Virus record (IMG/VR): IMGVR_UViG_3300043372_000548
Location: 1-54,738 of that record
Origin: a virus
Lineage: Duplodnaviria; Caudoviricetes
Strand: one strand, 5' to 3'
Length of the DNA stretch: 54,738 bases
Shown here: piece by piece, positions 24,709-34,276 of the stretch
Layout of the letters: every line of letters starts with the position of its first letter
Position numbering within the stretch: position 1 is the stretch's first letter
Position numbers and translations under genes: made by a program
The notes under the pieces: generated by a model
Told to the model about the DNA's origin: nothing
Databases searched by the model: none
The model's input: the letters and a program-made list of their open reading frames with translations, nothing else

Positions 24709-25151
24709 GGTCTTTTAATGGGTTGTGGAATTCCTTGGAATAACTGAAAATCGTCTGGCTGCTCGTTGGTTGACTCGGAGACCAGGGCCTGGAATGACGG
24801 GACAAGCTCAGGCTGAAAACTCAAAGCGCGCATAATGCCGGTGACTTCCGACGGTGTAGGAAAAAGCTGATCGTCGGCACTGGTGGTCAGTGTTCCTGTA
24901 GAGGCACTAAAAACAGAGCGTGCCGTCTTTTGCAGAGATTGCTCAAGTTCGTGTAACTCCATAAAGCGCGCTCGATCACAGAATAGCGCGCGCTCAGTGA
25001 CATAGTCACCGGTTAAAATCTGCTCCTGCAAGTCCGTGAAACTTGCACGCAGCATTGGCAGCACGAGCAGATTCCAGCCTGGGCACTCCGCTAAACTACG
25101 CATTAGCTGGCGCATGGTCGGAACATAAAGAGGGTCGTCAGGAGTAATCAT
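24705..25151 (-). CDS. Hypothetical protein downstream of portal
   Basis: 148-aa ORF coupled by ATGA overlaps on both sides. Confidence 0.7.
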   Translation of the reverse strand: MITPDDPLYVPTMRQLMRSLAECPGWNLLVLPMLRASFTDLQEQILTGDYVTERALFCDRARFMELHELEQSLQKTARSVFSASTGTLTTSADDQLFPTPSEVTGIMRALSFQPELVPSFQALVSESTNEQPDDFQLFQGIPQPIKRP

Positions 25152-27340
25152 AAAACTGGTGGTGGTGCCTCTTCAGCAGGTAACTCAGGCACAGCAGGAG
25201 GATACATAGTCATCCAATCGTCCATGCTCGTCGGTTGAGACATGGCATCCGCGTCCTTAAATTCCAGAGTTTGCACGCTCTGCTTCACAAAAGGTTGTAA
25301 ATCTCGCTGCATAATTGGGTGCTTTTGACGATACCCACTCATGATTTGATAACCTAATTGTGCCTGCTGAAGACTTGTTTGACCTTTGTATGTCGTAAGG
25401 TCCAGGCTGACATCCAAATCCAAATCTTGAAGGCGCAGCGGATCAATTTCCAACATGCGCAGGCTCTGCCGGTCAAAAAACTTCAGAATTTTGGACTTCT
25501 GGTTTTGCACCTCACGCAACGTGAGCTTTAACGCGCGGCGCATAATAGATTCAAGTGCTGGCCTGAGCTGCGTGATGTAAGAGTAAAACATCTCTTCGCC
25601 ACTGCTCTCCAAGTTACGGATGCCAGTGGCCAGTTTGGCCGTGTCCATGCCCGCCATGGCTCCATCGTTCACATTGGTCACGCCGCTCATGTTTTGCGCC
25701 ATCTGTAAGACCATCTGGAGCATGTTTTGCAAATTAGCGTTCTTGATGTTCTCCAGGTAAACCGATTGCAGCACATCCTTGGCCGTATGCTTTGGGTCCT
25801 TGATTGTGTAACTCCCGCCCCAGTTAAGCTTTAAGCTGGGATTGTTAGCTCCCTCAACCGTGAGACTTGGGTTCCAGAAATCGACACGAGCCGCTCGTGA
25901 CTCCGCAAACAAAGCCCGATTCACCAAAAGATCGATGTAGATTTGAAGATTCCAAAAGCGCTCCACATTACCCTGGCCATGCCAACGACCCGACGGCGGA
26001 TTGATTCGCACGACATCGAGCGGGCGTAATCCATCGGGCGTTATGTTGCTGACGTAATTGTAATAGATGGGAATCCGGCCGGTCTTGTCCATCAGCACCA
26101 TGATCGACCTCATCACACCGTCGCCGAACGGATCATACCAGCCCCAGCCTTCGGCCATTGCCACAACCGGTTCAGTCTTGGATCTGCCTGAGCTTTGATA
26201 GGCTTCGCCCATTTCCGCTCTCGACTTATCACCGGCAGACTGTTCGTCTTCCGCATTGCCAGGCAACAACTCACCGACCAAACGTTGCAGTCGGTTGAGT
26301 TGCTCGGTTGGATCTTGGCCAAACGCTTCGTCTGTGAGGTATTTAGTAGCCATCTCGATTACCTGGGAATCGTAGAGGTGGAAACAAACGTCGGCAGATT
26401 GCACGTCGGTGGCCCCAAGAGGGCACAGAAAATCAAGATAGTAGATGGGCTTCGCCTCGACCTTATCCGCCAAAACCTGCGACAAGTTCAGCTTAATCGT
26501 TTGGAAAAGATTTGCCATGTCTGGCGCTGGTTGCGGCGTCACTCCGTCACGCTTGAGCACCATCTGACCCGTCTCTTCCATCGCCGGCGCACCGGTCTCA
26601 TCGATCATGGTTGCACCGGTTTCGGGATCTAATACCGGCTTCACTTCCCGCACAAACAGATCGGTTTGATAAATGTAATCGCCGTCTTGAGCTACAAAAG
26701 GTTGACTCGTGGCCGGATCGATAGCGACTGTGCGCAAACCTTCAAAGTAGCTGATTAACTTGTGTCGGCGGGTCTTAACAACACACTCTCCCTGGATAAA
26801 GGCTAAGTCGATGGCCTGCTCTAACTGGGAGCCTATGTTAGATTGCGTCTCTAACTCATGCCGAGCCCAGGCGTTAATTTCTTCAGCCTCAGCGGCGCTA
26901 TCTGTGCTAAGCCCCGCTATGCTAAAGTAAGGAGCCGTGCCAAAGAAAGATTTCTGCGCACGCGCACTTTGCTGCGTGATGATCCGTGCAGTGATTGGCA
27001 GGTGTAAGTTGCTCTCTTTGTAGAGGCCACCGAGCAGGTATGGACGCCACTCCATGCGCTGCTGCGCCACCATGTGCGCGAGATGCCGGCGGCCCATAAA
27101 TGACTGGGACGATTGTCGAATATCTAGCGTCGGCATAGTCAGCCAGTCCTGTGACTGAAAATCTGTGCGGCCTAAGTCACTCTCCAAGTCTTGCAACCTG
27201 TTGCGAAAATGGGCGAGCATTCGCTCTTCCTGCTCAAAAGTCAGTGTTAATTCTGATGGAATGATCACCTTGACCCCAGTCGTGGGACCAGAAGCGGCTT
27301 TAAGACCATTGGAAAGAGATTCGGCCTGGGTCTGACTCAT
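25148..27340 (-). CDS. Portal protein (P22/N4-like)
   Basis: About 730 aa; G...VK, W.G.G..E....LQ, SGVT....G...TAKLATGI pattern of podovirus portals; ATG at 27340 preferred to GTG 27358. Confidence 0.8.
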   Translation of the reverse strand: MSQTQAESLSNGLKAASGPTTGVKVIIPSELTLTFEQEERMLAHFRNRLQDLESDLGRTDFQSQDWLTMPTLDIRQSSQSFMGRRHLAHMVAQQRMEWRPYLLGGLYKESNLHLPITARIITQQSARAQKSFFGTAPYFSIAGLSTDSAAEAEEINAWARHELETQSNIGSQLEQAIDLAFIQGECVVKTRRHKLISYFEGLRTVAIDPATSQPFVAQDGDYIYQTDLFVREVKPVLDPETGATMIDETGAPAMEETGQMVLKRDGVTPQPAPDMANLFQTIKLNLSQVLADKVEAKPIYYLDFLCPLGATDVQSADVCFHLYDSQVIEMATKYLTDEAFGQDPTEQLNRLQRLVGELLPGNAEDEQSAGDKSRAEMGEAYQSSGRSKTEPVVAMAEGWGWYDPFGDGVMRSIMVLMDKTGRIPIYYNYVSNITPDGLRPLDVVRINPPSGRWHGQGNVERFWNLQIYIDLLVNRALFAESRAARVDFWNPSLTVEGANNPSLKLNWGGSYTIKDPKHTAKDVLQSVYLENIKNANLQNMLQMVLQMAQNMSGVTNVNDGAMAGMDTAKLATGIRNLESSGEEMFYSYITQLRPALESIMRRALKLTLREVQNQKSKILKFFDRQSLRMLEIDPLRLQDLDLDVSLDLTTYKGQTSLQQAQLGYQIMSGYRQKHPIMQRDLQPFVKQSVQTLEFKDADAMSQPTSMDDWMTMYPPAVPELPAEEAPPPVL

Positions 27341-27345
27341 TGCAC

Positions 27346-27374
27346 CGCTTAGCCACACTGCTAAACAGAATCAA
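27346..27374 (-). promoter_or_regulatory. Putative late promoter for portal (TTGATT-N17-TAAGCG, leaderless)
   Basis: 13-mer GTGTGGCTAAGCG 5 nt before ATG, identical in sequence and spacing upstream of terS. Confidence 0.65.
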
Positions 27375-27381
27375 ACGACCG

Positions 27382-27936
27382 TTACGCTTTCTCAAGTAAA
27401 TAAAAAAAGCTCAACTGTTTGTAGCACTTAAGTTCGCCATCCAACGCAGCATAAAAAGCATTCCACTGTGTCGGAGGCAGTGTCTGGCATCCTTCCGAAC
27501 TCGTGGAATTGCGGCCACCTCGATGGATGTTAATTGCCACTCCAGGCCGAGGAGCTACTAGCACACCATCACGCACCACGGGAAGCTCTTCATTTTTGGT
27601 TGCTGGACGGAACGCTGGATACCCACCACCTGGGCGTGTAATACCGTGATTCCCTCGACGATACGGATGAATGCCACAGGCTAGCGTCGCGATGCCTGGA
27701 CGAAATACGGATGGATCTACGTTAGCGTTCCACGACGAGAAATGCCGAGGCGAGACGATGAAAATTGCATCATCATAGATACCTCGATCATTCTGTCCAG
27801 GCACTCCCATGCTATCTTGGTAATATCCCCGCAAGCCAACTAGCACGACGTTTTCTTCGGCCAGACTGTTGTCTCGTAGCCGTTGACGGACCGTTTCAAG
27901 AGCCATCTGAGGGGTATTATCGGGGATCATTTTCAT
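27382..27936 (-). CDS. Putative endolysin with YkuD/L,D-transpeptidase-like catalytic motif
   Basis: INIHRGG...SSEGCQT (His/Cys pair); lies next to holin-like genes; ATG at 27936. Confidence 0.65.
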   Translation of the reverse strand: MKMIPDNTPQMALETVRQRLRDNSLAEENVVLVGLRGYYQDSMGVPGQNDRGIYDDAIFIVSPRHFSSWNANVDPSVFRPGIATLACGIHPYRRGNHGITRPGGGYPAFRPATKNEELPVVRDGVLVAPRPGVAINIHRGGRNSTSSEGCQTLPPTQWNAFYAALDGELKCYKQLSFFYLLEKA

Positions 27937-28060
27937 GACGTTTTGTTTGCTCGGATTCTGCCGCTCGATCACAGGTGAAAAACAGCGCAATTAGGGCCAA
28001 AGCACCCACAGCCAAAATCACCAAGATGATTTCACAAATGAGGACAATGACTGTGAACAT
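27917..28060 (-). CDS. 47-aa single-TM membrane protein (lysis accessory candidate)
   Basis: MFTVIVLICEIILVILAVGALALIALFF hydrophobic stretch then charged tail; overlaps endolysin start. Confidence 0.55.
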   Translation of the reverse strand: MFTVIVLICEIILVILAVGALALIALFFTCDRAAESEQTKRHENDPR

Positions 28061-28136
28061 GTTAAAAAATGGAGCAGGGGCAGGACTTGCACCCAACTGT
28101 AGGCTTCGGTTTAGAAGGCCGACCCTTACCCTGCAT

Positions 28137-28619
28137 TTATTTCTTCTGCCAAAAGTAGGCTTTACCCTTTGGTCCAAACCAGCGAACGGCCGTCCCCATA
28201 CCTTCAGCTTTACCAGAACGGACGCCGGCCTTGTGCAGTTCCTGCCGAAAAAACTCATGCACGGCCCATGCTGGTGGTGCAGGCGGCAGCCGCCCACCTA
28301 ACGCTGCACGGAGCCAAGGACTGCCACCTTTAAGCAAGTCGCAAAGAAAGTCGTGCCACAATGCGGCGTCGGTATAAATACCATCGGGCGTGTAATTAAA
28401 GGGCGGCCCCCAAAACAAGGATGGGATCGAGGCCTTATCGGTTTCGTATCCGGCGGGAATAATAAAGTCACCACCGAAATAGTAACGTTCTCCTAGAGTA
28501 ATGGCCGGCATTGAAAATGTAACCGTTTCGCGTAGCCGCCACAGAGGCCCCTTCGCCCAAGGCCATATACCAAAGGCAAAGCCAGCGTCACGAATTGGAT
28601 CAAGAATAGCGCGGGTCAT
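28137..28619 (-). CDS. DUF1353-family protein
   Basis: IPAGYETD.ASIP...W...AAL.HDFL motif. Confidence 0.8.
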   Translation of the reverse strand: MTRAILDPIRDAGFAFGIWPWAKGPLWRLRETVTFSMPAITLGERYYFGGDFIIPAGYETDKASIPSLFWGPPFNYTPDGIYTDAALWHDFLCDLLKGGSPWLRAALGGRLPPAPPAWAVHEFFRQELHKAGVRSGKAEGMGTAVRWFGPKGKAYFWQKK

Positions 28620-28786
28620 TTGCGTAAATTGTGAATTGCGGAGATGCAGCCAAGGATACCTGCGAGTATGCCGACGGCTAAAGAGGTTAACTTAAGCCAC
28701 ATTTCCATTTCGGCATGAGTGGCAAATGAGCTGACGAGTGCTACAATCGATCCAATGAAAGGAGTGGTAATGTGGTTGTCATTCAT
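28616..28786 (-). CDS. 56-aa two-TM holin candidate (not in ORF track)
   Basis: MNDNHITTPFIGSIVALVSSFATHAEMEMWLKLTSLAVGILAGILGCISAIHNLRK; ATGA overlaps with both neighbours; basic C-terminus. Confidence 0.7.
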   Translation of the reverse strand: MNDNHITTPFIGSIVALVSSFATHAEMEMWLKLTSLAVGILAGILGCISAIHNLRK

Positions 28787-29061
28787 GGCAGCCAAAAGTC
28801 TGGATCAAGGATTTGGGCTTTGCGCTCGGCGGTTAGAATGCTTAAGCGGACAAGGGTGTCTAGGGTGCTTGCTAAGCTAGCAGAACCGCTAGATATAGAG
28901 TCCTTAGCATTAAAGGATTGCAACGCGAGCGCAACCGTGTTGCCGTCTGGGCTGTTAATTAACGAAGCTCGATGCATGGCAAGTCGTTCAGCGTTAGTAA
29001 AACGTCTTTGAAACGCATCGCGTGTCCAGTGTGTGTCGGGTTCTATGAAAGATTCTGGCAT
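28783..29061 (-). CDS. Tail-fibre-associated / chaperone-like protein
   Basis: TR.AF..RFT.AER.A...ILTAERK.QIL pattern usual downstream of phage fibre genes. Confidence 0.6.
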   Translation of the reverse strand: MPESFIEPDTHWTRDAFQRRFTNAERLAMHRASLINSPDGNTVALALQSFNAKDSISSGSASLASTLDTLVRLSILTAERKAQILDPDFWLP

Positions 29062-29073
29062 ACAAGAATTTAG

Positions 29074-29880
29074 TTAATATTGTTCGGCAAAAGCGTAACA
29101 AGTTACCGACCCACCATTGGGAATGACTGTTAAAAGGGCTACAAGATCACAATCAGCCCGTCCGTTTAGCCATACATCAGCGTAATCAGCTCTTGATGGA
29201 ATGGCATAAGCGCCAGGATATGGAAGATCCTGTGCGACTCGAAAGTAGGTTCCTCCTGCATTTTTAAACGCGTATCGCACCACCGTGCCAATTCCACCAG
29301 TAGTTATGAAAAGATCAGTTAGCTTAATTATCTTTCCTGTGACTTTAGGAATGAGAATTACTTCATCAATTTGACCTGAACCTGGCACTTGATTAGTGCC
29401 GTAGCCTCCTGGGTTGTTAACAGCCAGATCGCTTAAATTACTTGGATTAATTGAAAGCTGTGCACTTGCTCCAGTAGAAGAATGACGCAAAGCCATGTAT
29501 CTGGTGTCCTCACCATCTACTTCAAAGTTTACTATATTACCAAACGCATCAGTTGTTTCAGGAACATAATGCGAGGCTAACGCACTAACAAAATTATTGG
29601 CTATTGTTGCTGCGTCCGTTGATGAAATATCAACCCAGATTCCTGACGCACCAGAATTTGTGGCCTCAAACCGTAAAAGTATTGGGCTTGTGAAATCTGT
29701 GTATATAGTAACTGTCCCGTCTGTCCATGGCCCTTCATTAAATGTTAAACTAATTAGCGGAGGTTGAGCTGGATAGGGTGCCGTCGTAAAACCCCGCAAA
29801 AGGCCAGCAGCGCGGATTAAAGGTGTGCCGGTGCCACCTCCGACGCCTGAAACTGGTGATGATGTAATTGTAAATCCCAT
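29074..29880 (-). CDS. Putative virion appendage / receptor-binding protein
   Basis: 268 aa, beta-rich, G/T/S-rich, visibly AT-richer DNA, upstream of chaperone-like gene. Confidence 0.5.
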   Translation of the reverse strand: MGFTITSSPVSGVGGGTGTPLIRAAGLLRGFTTAPYPAQPPLISLTFNEGPWTDGTVTIYTDFTSPILLRFEATNSGASGIWVDISSTDAATIANNFVSALASHYVPETTDAFGNIVNFEVDGEDTRYMALRHSSTGASAQLSINPSNLSDLAVNNPGGYGTNQVPGSGQIDEVILIPKVTGKIIKLTDLFITTGGIGTVVRYAFKNAGGTYFRVAQDLPYPGAYAIPSRADYADVWLNGRADCDLVALLTVIPNGGSVTCYAFAEQY

Positions 29881-29884
29881 GATA

Positions 29885-30181
29885 TTAGAATTCCACTTGA
29901 ACGTTTATAGCCGCACCGGAAGCAATTTTAGCCCAGCATCCTTGCTGGACCAATAGAGGGTATGCACCATGATCGGGCGTTAGAGTAATGCGCTCGCCGG
30001 GATTTAGCCAAATTGCGGCATCAGCAGTATTGAATTGAGCGCCGCTAAAACTCAGGAGCACACGTCTGGTATCGGTATCTTGCCGGCCAAGAAAAACCGC
30101 ATTGCGGCGCTGACTAGGGGCACAGACTGGCACAAGCTCGACGCCGGCAGTGGTTACGGAAACAGATTTGGGGGCACTCAT
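29885..30181 (-). CDS. Small beta-sandwich-like virion protein
   Basis: 98 aa; R..V.L...L.PGE.ITL pattern seen in small phage decoration proteins. Confidence 0.55.
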   Translation of the reverse strand: MSAPKSVSVTTAGVELVPVCAPSQRRNAVFLGRQDTDTRRVLLSFSGAQFNTADAAIWLNPGERITLTPDHGAYPLLVQQGCWAKIASGAAINVQVEF

Positions 30182-30444
30182 GGCAATGGTTTGGGTAAAA
30201 GTTTCGGCACGGCTCCACTGGCAATTTTAAAGGTCACCTGGAGAGTAAAGCCAATAGCCGCTTTTTGGGTTTGGGTACTCGTTGTGCCTTTTTGCACAGT
30301 GACAGATTTCGATTCGCCGCTTGCCTGGACAACCGTGCTTACTTGCTTGGGCTGCTCGCGTTGAGACTCGACCAAACTCGGCAAAGATACCTGAGTAACT
30401 GCATCGTTCCCGTCCTGGCGTTGAGTTTGTTTATTGACAGCCAT
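30178..30444 (-). CDS. Hypothetical T/Q-rich protein
   Basis: 88-aa ORF tightly packed in operon. Confidence 0.55.
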   Translation of the reverse strand: MAVNKQTQRQDGNDAVTQVSLPSLVESQREQPKQVSTVVQASGESKSVTVQKGTTSTQTQKAAIGFTLQVTFKIASGAVPKLLPKPLP

Positions 30445-30445
30445 G

Positions 30446-30802
30446 TTAGGTGGTCTCCTCCACAGTGGTCACTGTTCCGCGACCAAACCCCTTGGTGGTA
30501 GTCTGGATGCCAGGTGTCGTGACTTGTTTTTCTTTGCTAGTCGTCGCCTCTTGAGTAGTCGTATTGGTCTGCACTTCGGGCAATTTCTGGCTGATCGTTT
30601 CGGTGTCCGGTTGGGCCGTTTCGGTTTGGTTGGTCACCATAAAACCAGCGGTATCGTCAATCACTTCAAAATTGAACGTGATGCTATCCGGGTCTTCGGT
30701 AGCGATCGGCGTGCCTTGAGCCATCAAATGCGATCTCGCCTCCTGCACTTTAAGTAAAGCGCTGGCAATGTAGTTTTGTAGCTGGGAAAGGGGAATGACC
30801 AT
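30446..30802 (-). CDS. Hypothetical Thr-rich protein
   Basis: 118-aa ORF tightly packed in operon. Confidence 0.6.
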   Translation of the reverse strand: MVIPLSQLQNYIASALLKVQEARSHLMAQGTPIATEDPDSITFNFEVIDDTAGFMVTNQTETAQPDTETISQKLPEVQTNTTTQEATTSKEKQVTTPGIQTTTKGFGRGTVTTVEETT

Positions 30803-30803
30803 G

Positions 30804-31667
30804 TTAATAACCTTGAGGAGTTCCTACCCAATTTGAATGACCCGAAGGGTTTTGGTTTGCGCGTGACTGCATAGCCGACCTGGCTCGATCAGCGGAGCCA
30901 CGCATTTCATTTTTATCAACCTTTTCTCGTAAAAGACTGCTGTCTAAAAACTGCTCAGCGCAGAGCGCCACCAGGTAGCCCTCCTCGATGACTTGCACCG
31001 GCAATGTCCGAGCAGTGACATGCATGTCATTCAGCGTCACCGGTGCGCAAAATTGCGCTAGAACAACGGTCAAATGCCCGCGAACTGTAGGCACAGGCCA
31101 GAGACGCAGCAGGTTTGAAAATCCGCCGGCATCACTACCGCCAAACGTTTCCAGCCACCACTCGCGCACTTCGCCGTATTCCAGCACCTCAGTGTCTGGG
31201 AAAAAACGTCGTTGCTGCACACGCGTCGCGGTCGAGCTTCCCGCCTGCGTGAAAAAGGGTTCCCCAATAATCTGGTCAATGCGTTCTCCCAGGTCAAAGG
31301 CATCGCTGTAAACTGTGGCACTTTGTGCGCCACTACCGCCGAAGTAGGGTAGCATAAGCGCCGGCCCATTCACGACTCGGTTAAGCTTAGGGTCAGCAGC
31401 CACTACAATGCCCTTACCAGTGACAGGTGAGGACAAATTGGCAATGGAGTTAGCTCCATCCGCTACAGTCAGTGTAACCGTCTGCGGACCGTTAATCACA
31501 AACGTCACCGGGCGCTGTCTGCGCGCATCAGGCAGCAACTGCCCAAAAGCATCAAGCCCCAGGTTAATCTTTTCGCGCAGTTCCTCACGGGCTGCCATCG
31601 GCAGGCGCGTGATGTCTTCTTCTTTCAGAAAGCGCATCAAACGCTGCGCTAGTGAGATCGTTGTCAT
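30804..31667 (-). CDS. Putative head-tail adaptor protein
   Basis: MT...LA.R....L.E...IN helical start and LRLWPVP motif typical of podovirus adaptors. Confidence 0.6.
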   Translation of the reverse strand: MTTISLAQRLMRFLKEEDITRLPMAAREELREKINLGLDAFGQLLPDARRQRPVTFVINGPQTVTLTVADGANSIANLSSPVTGKGIVVAADPKLNRVVNGPALMLPYFGGSGAQSATVYSDAFDLGERIDQIIGEPFFTQAGSSTATRVQQRRFFPDTEVLEYGEVREWWLETFGGSDAGGFSNLLRLWPVPTVRGHLTVVLAQFCAPVTLNDMHVTARTLPVQVIEEGYLVALCAEQFLDSSLLREKVDKNEMRGSADRARSAMQSRANQNPSGHSNWVGTPQGY

Positions 31668-32872
31668 GCTGGGATAGCCTCCTCACGTTTGCGTTGCACC
31701 GGCGGCGGAGCGGTATCTGCCAAGCCGAGCATTTGGCGGGCCGATTCATACTGGCTGTTAATTTCAGCACTCACCGAGGCCAGTTTGGCCTTGTTCATGA
31801 GGTTGTCGCCAGCAGCCAGCTTTCGGACAATCGGGAGGAAAAGGGATTCAACCCAGAGGTGAGGCAACTCTAAAATGATTCCTTTGAGTACATCGGCATC
31901 ATCAAACCGCTGAGGCTCCATGACTACATCCACTTTCACCAAAACTGAAGTCGTAGCAGGTGGAGGAGGTAAGATATGCAATGTAATATTCACAGAATCT
32001 CTTTCTGATGCCCTCTGCGTTTCCGCAAAAAAAGCAATGGGCGAGATTAACTCATCGCCATTTAAATACCAGTTTGTGAAATTATCGACTTCAACTTGGC
32101 TACCCAATGATTGCAAAGGTCGATTATCCACTTTAACAGGCCCAAGCAATCGTTGAATAGTCTGGGGCAGTTCAACCTTTCCTGTGTCATCAATCGTCAC
32201 ATCCAACACAGAACGATTGAAATAATTCAATCGATCAGCGCGGCTGTAAATCATCTGCATAGCAGTGTTGCAATATTGAACAATTCTATCGCGTCCAATA
32301 GCTATTTGTGATGTGCTAATTAATCCATCATACCCCCACAAAGAGTAAATATTTAGGACCACATCTTTAAGCAGCATCAGCTTTTGCTTACTGCGCAGTT
32401 CCGCTTTAGCAATAATAGAAAGTGTGGATAGATTGAATTTTAAAGCGACCCTTTGCGGAACGTAATCCACCCAAAAATCACCATCGACTGCCTCATTAAA
32501 TTCAGGTATCTCAACAAAAGGTGCATCTATCAGCATCTGCTGTTGAGATGAGGTGGTAACAGTTGCAGTGGCAGCACCATAAAAAATCTGCTCAAAAACT
32601 CCTGTGGTGCTGCCTTCAAAATTTAAAAAAGCAGCCGCATTACTGAAAAATCCGCCATAAAGACTCAATCCTAAAGACGATGAAAAAGGAATGACAGTGG
32701 CCAACCCAAATGGCACTTTTTTTTCTAACAGTTCTACATTAATCAGTATTTTTGATGAATCCGTTAAAAGAGCAATGGCACCTATTCCCAGATTGTAATC
32801 TCTAAGTATGATCTCCCCCACAATTGTGTGAGGGAAAACGATAGATGTGATGTTACCGGGTAAATCAGGCAC
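31664..32872 (-). CDS. Adaptor-like protein with extra N-terminal domain (possible fusion; internal ATG near 32378)
   Basis: C-terminal part MLLKDVV...YCNTAMQ...ELP...LHILPPP resembles adaptor; N-terminal 165 aa unrelated. Confidence 0.55.
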   Translation of the reverse strand: MPDLPGNITSIVFPHTIVGEIILRDYNLGIGAIALLTDSSKILINVELLEKKVPFGLATVIPFSSSLGLSLYGGFFSNAAAFLNFEGSTTGVFEQIFYGAATATVTTSSQQQMLIDAPFVEIPEFNEAVDGDFWVDYVPQRVALKFNLSTLSIIAKAELRSKQKLMLLKDVVLNIYSLWGYDGLISTSQIAIGRDRIVQYCNTAMQMIYSRADRLNYFNRSVLDVTIDDTGKVELPQTIQRLLGPVKVDNRPLQSLGSQVEVDNFTNWYLNGDELISPIAFFAETQRASERDSVNITLHILPPPPATTSVLVKVDVVMEPQRFDDADVLKGIILELPHLWVESLFLPIVRKLAAGDNLMNKAKLASVSAEINSQYESARQMLGLADTAPPPVQRKREEAIPA

Positions 32873-32878
32873 AACAGA

Positions 32879-33769
32879 TTAAACTGAAATTTGTAGAATC
32901 AATCCGCCAATTGGCATTGTGTAAGTACTGGCAGCCAGTGCTGGCACAGGCGTAGAATAAGCTAAATCCCCAAAAAAGAAAATTTCGTCTGAAGAGGAAG
33001 AGTTTGCACCTACCGTTGCACCAGTCGTTACAATCCCAAAATTACTGACTGAAGGGCCAGTATTTGCAACGGAGGAAGTAAAATCAAAATCAATTGCAAC
33101 AGCGTTTGTAATAGCTGCACCAGTAGCTGGACTCCAAGTTGCATTTGGGACGGGTGGCCTGCCATTGGGAGTGATGAGCATGGCTGGATTAATCTCGTTC
33201 AAGATAGTAAGTGCTGTAGATCCGCTACCTGTCATGAGAGTCATTTTAAGAGCCCCAACCGACATTGACACACCGCGAAACAAGTAATTTAGCACGCGCT
33301 GTTCCAGACCTGCTCCAGCACCGCCACCGAGGGCGTATTCCAAAGATCGAACAGGGAATGTTGGCTGCTGATAGACTCCGATAATGGTTGCTTGAGGAAG
33401 TTCGTCATACCACAAAAGATTACCACCTGTGCTTGCATCAAAGATACCATAAGCAACGATTTGGCCCCATGGTTGGGTTGGGCGCGGCCACGCAATGACC
33501 TTAGCGTTGTAAAGATGATTATTAGAACCCATAGGAATCAAAGAGGCATTATCATTAGCTCCTAAAGTCATTTCAAAGTTTCTAGCTGCAACAGTAGCAG
33601 TCACTAAGACGCGAGAATATGAGCCACCCGAAACTTCCAATCCGCCTCCTGATGCATTTGGACGCTCAGTAAAAAGAGCATAATGCAAATTTGACGTGCG
33701 AACCCAGTTTGCCGGTCCGCGTAGAACTCCATCAAGAATTTTATTGGCTAAGTAAGTGGTGATAGGCAT
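32879..33769 (-). CDS. Virion protein with two tandem tail-fibre-like (Gp80-type) domains
   Basis: YLANKILD..LRG...ALFT..P...EVSGGSY.R...GIFDASTGGNLL, then a second copy LEQRVLNYLFRG...ITNAVAIDF...FGI...FFGDL. Confidence 0.7.
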   Translation of the reverse strand: MPITTYLANKILDGVLRGPANWVRTSNLHYALFTERPNASGGGLEVSGGSYSRVLVTATVAARNFEMTLGANDNASLIPMGSNNHLYNAKVIAWPRPTQPWGQIVAYGIFDASTGGNLLWYDELPQATIIGVYQQPTFPVRSLEYALGGGAGAGLEQRVLNYLFRGVSMSVGALKMTLMTGSGSTALTILNEINPAMLITPNGRPPVPNATWSPATGAAITNAVAIDFDFTSSVANTGPSVSNFGIVTTGATVGANSSSSDEIFFFGDLAYSTPVPALAASTYTMPIGGLILQISV

Positions 33770-33775
33770 ATTTTT

Positions 33776-34276
33776 TTAGTTGTTTTGAAGGTTTGGTAGG
33801 TTGCCGAGATTTATATACCAAAGTTGATTTTCACTGGTCAGGTATCTGTCTGACCATACAAAAAGGGTTTGGTAATAGGTCGAAACATTTAATGTGATTT
33901 GGTCACTCGGTAGTGGTGTTCCAGGCTGGGCAATTTCTAGTTCGGCGGAAAGTATGTTGTATCTGCCAGTAACGTAACCGCTGGTATTACTCAGATTTAA
34001 AAACTGTTCGTAAATTTTGTATATCACTCTAACAAGGCTGCCTTCTTTAAGGCTAATCGTGCGGTTTGTGCCAGAGATCGGGTATCCATCAATGTAGCCT
34101 TTGGAGATAAAATATAACCCATTGCTGGTCTTTGAAACAGCCAACATATTTGGGTGTGAAGGCCCAGATTTAAATTCTTCAGCAAAAATCTGATTACCCT
34201 CTCGGCTAGGCAGAAATTTACGAAACTCGTTGCGATCCTTCAACGCATCGGCGGCCATCAATGCTGTTTCAGTCAT
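33776..34276 (-). CDS. Hypothetical virion protein
   Basis: 166-aa ORF in structural operon, AT-rich. Confidence 0.6.
   Translation of the reverse strand: MTETALMAADALKDRNEFRKFLPSREGNQIFAEEFKSGPSHPNMLAVSKTSNGLYFISKGYIDGYPISGTNRTISLKEGSLVRVIYKIYEQFLNLSNTSGYVTGRYNILSAELEIAQPGTPLPSDQITLNVSTYYQTLFVWSDRYLTSENQLWYINLGNLPNLQNN

Noticed and set aside
30178-30802. Trypsin-co-occurring (Trypco)-like pair
   Set aside because: Only a faint N-terminal resemblance and no associated protease; not supportable
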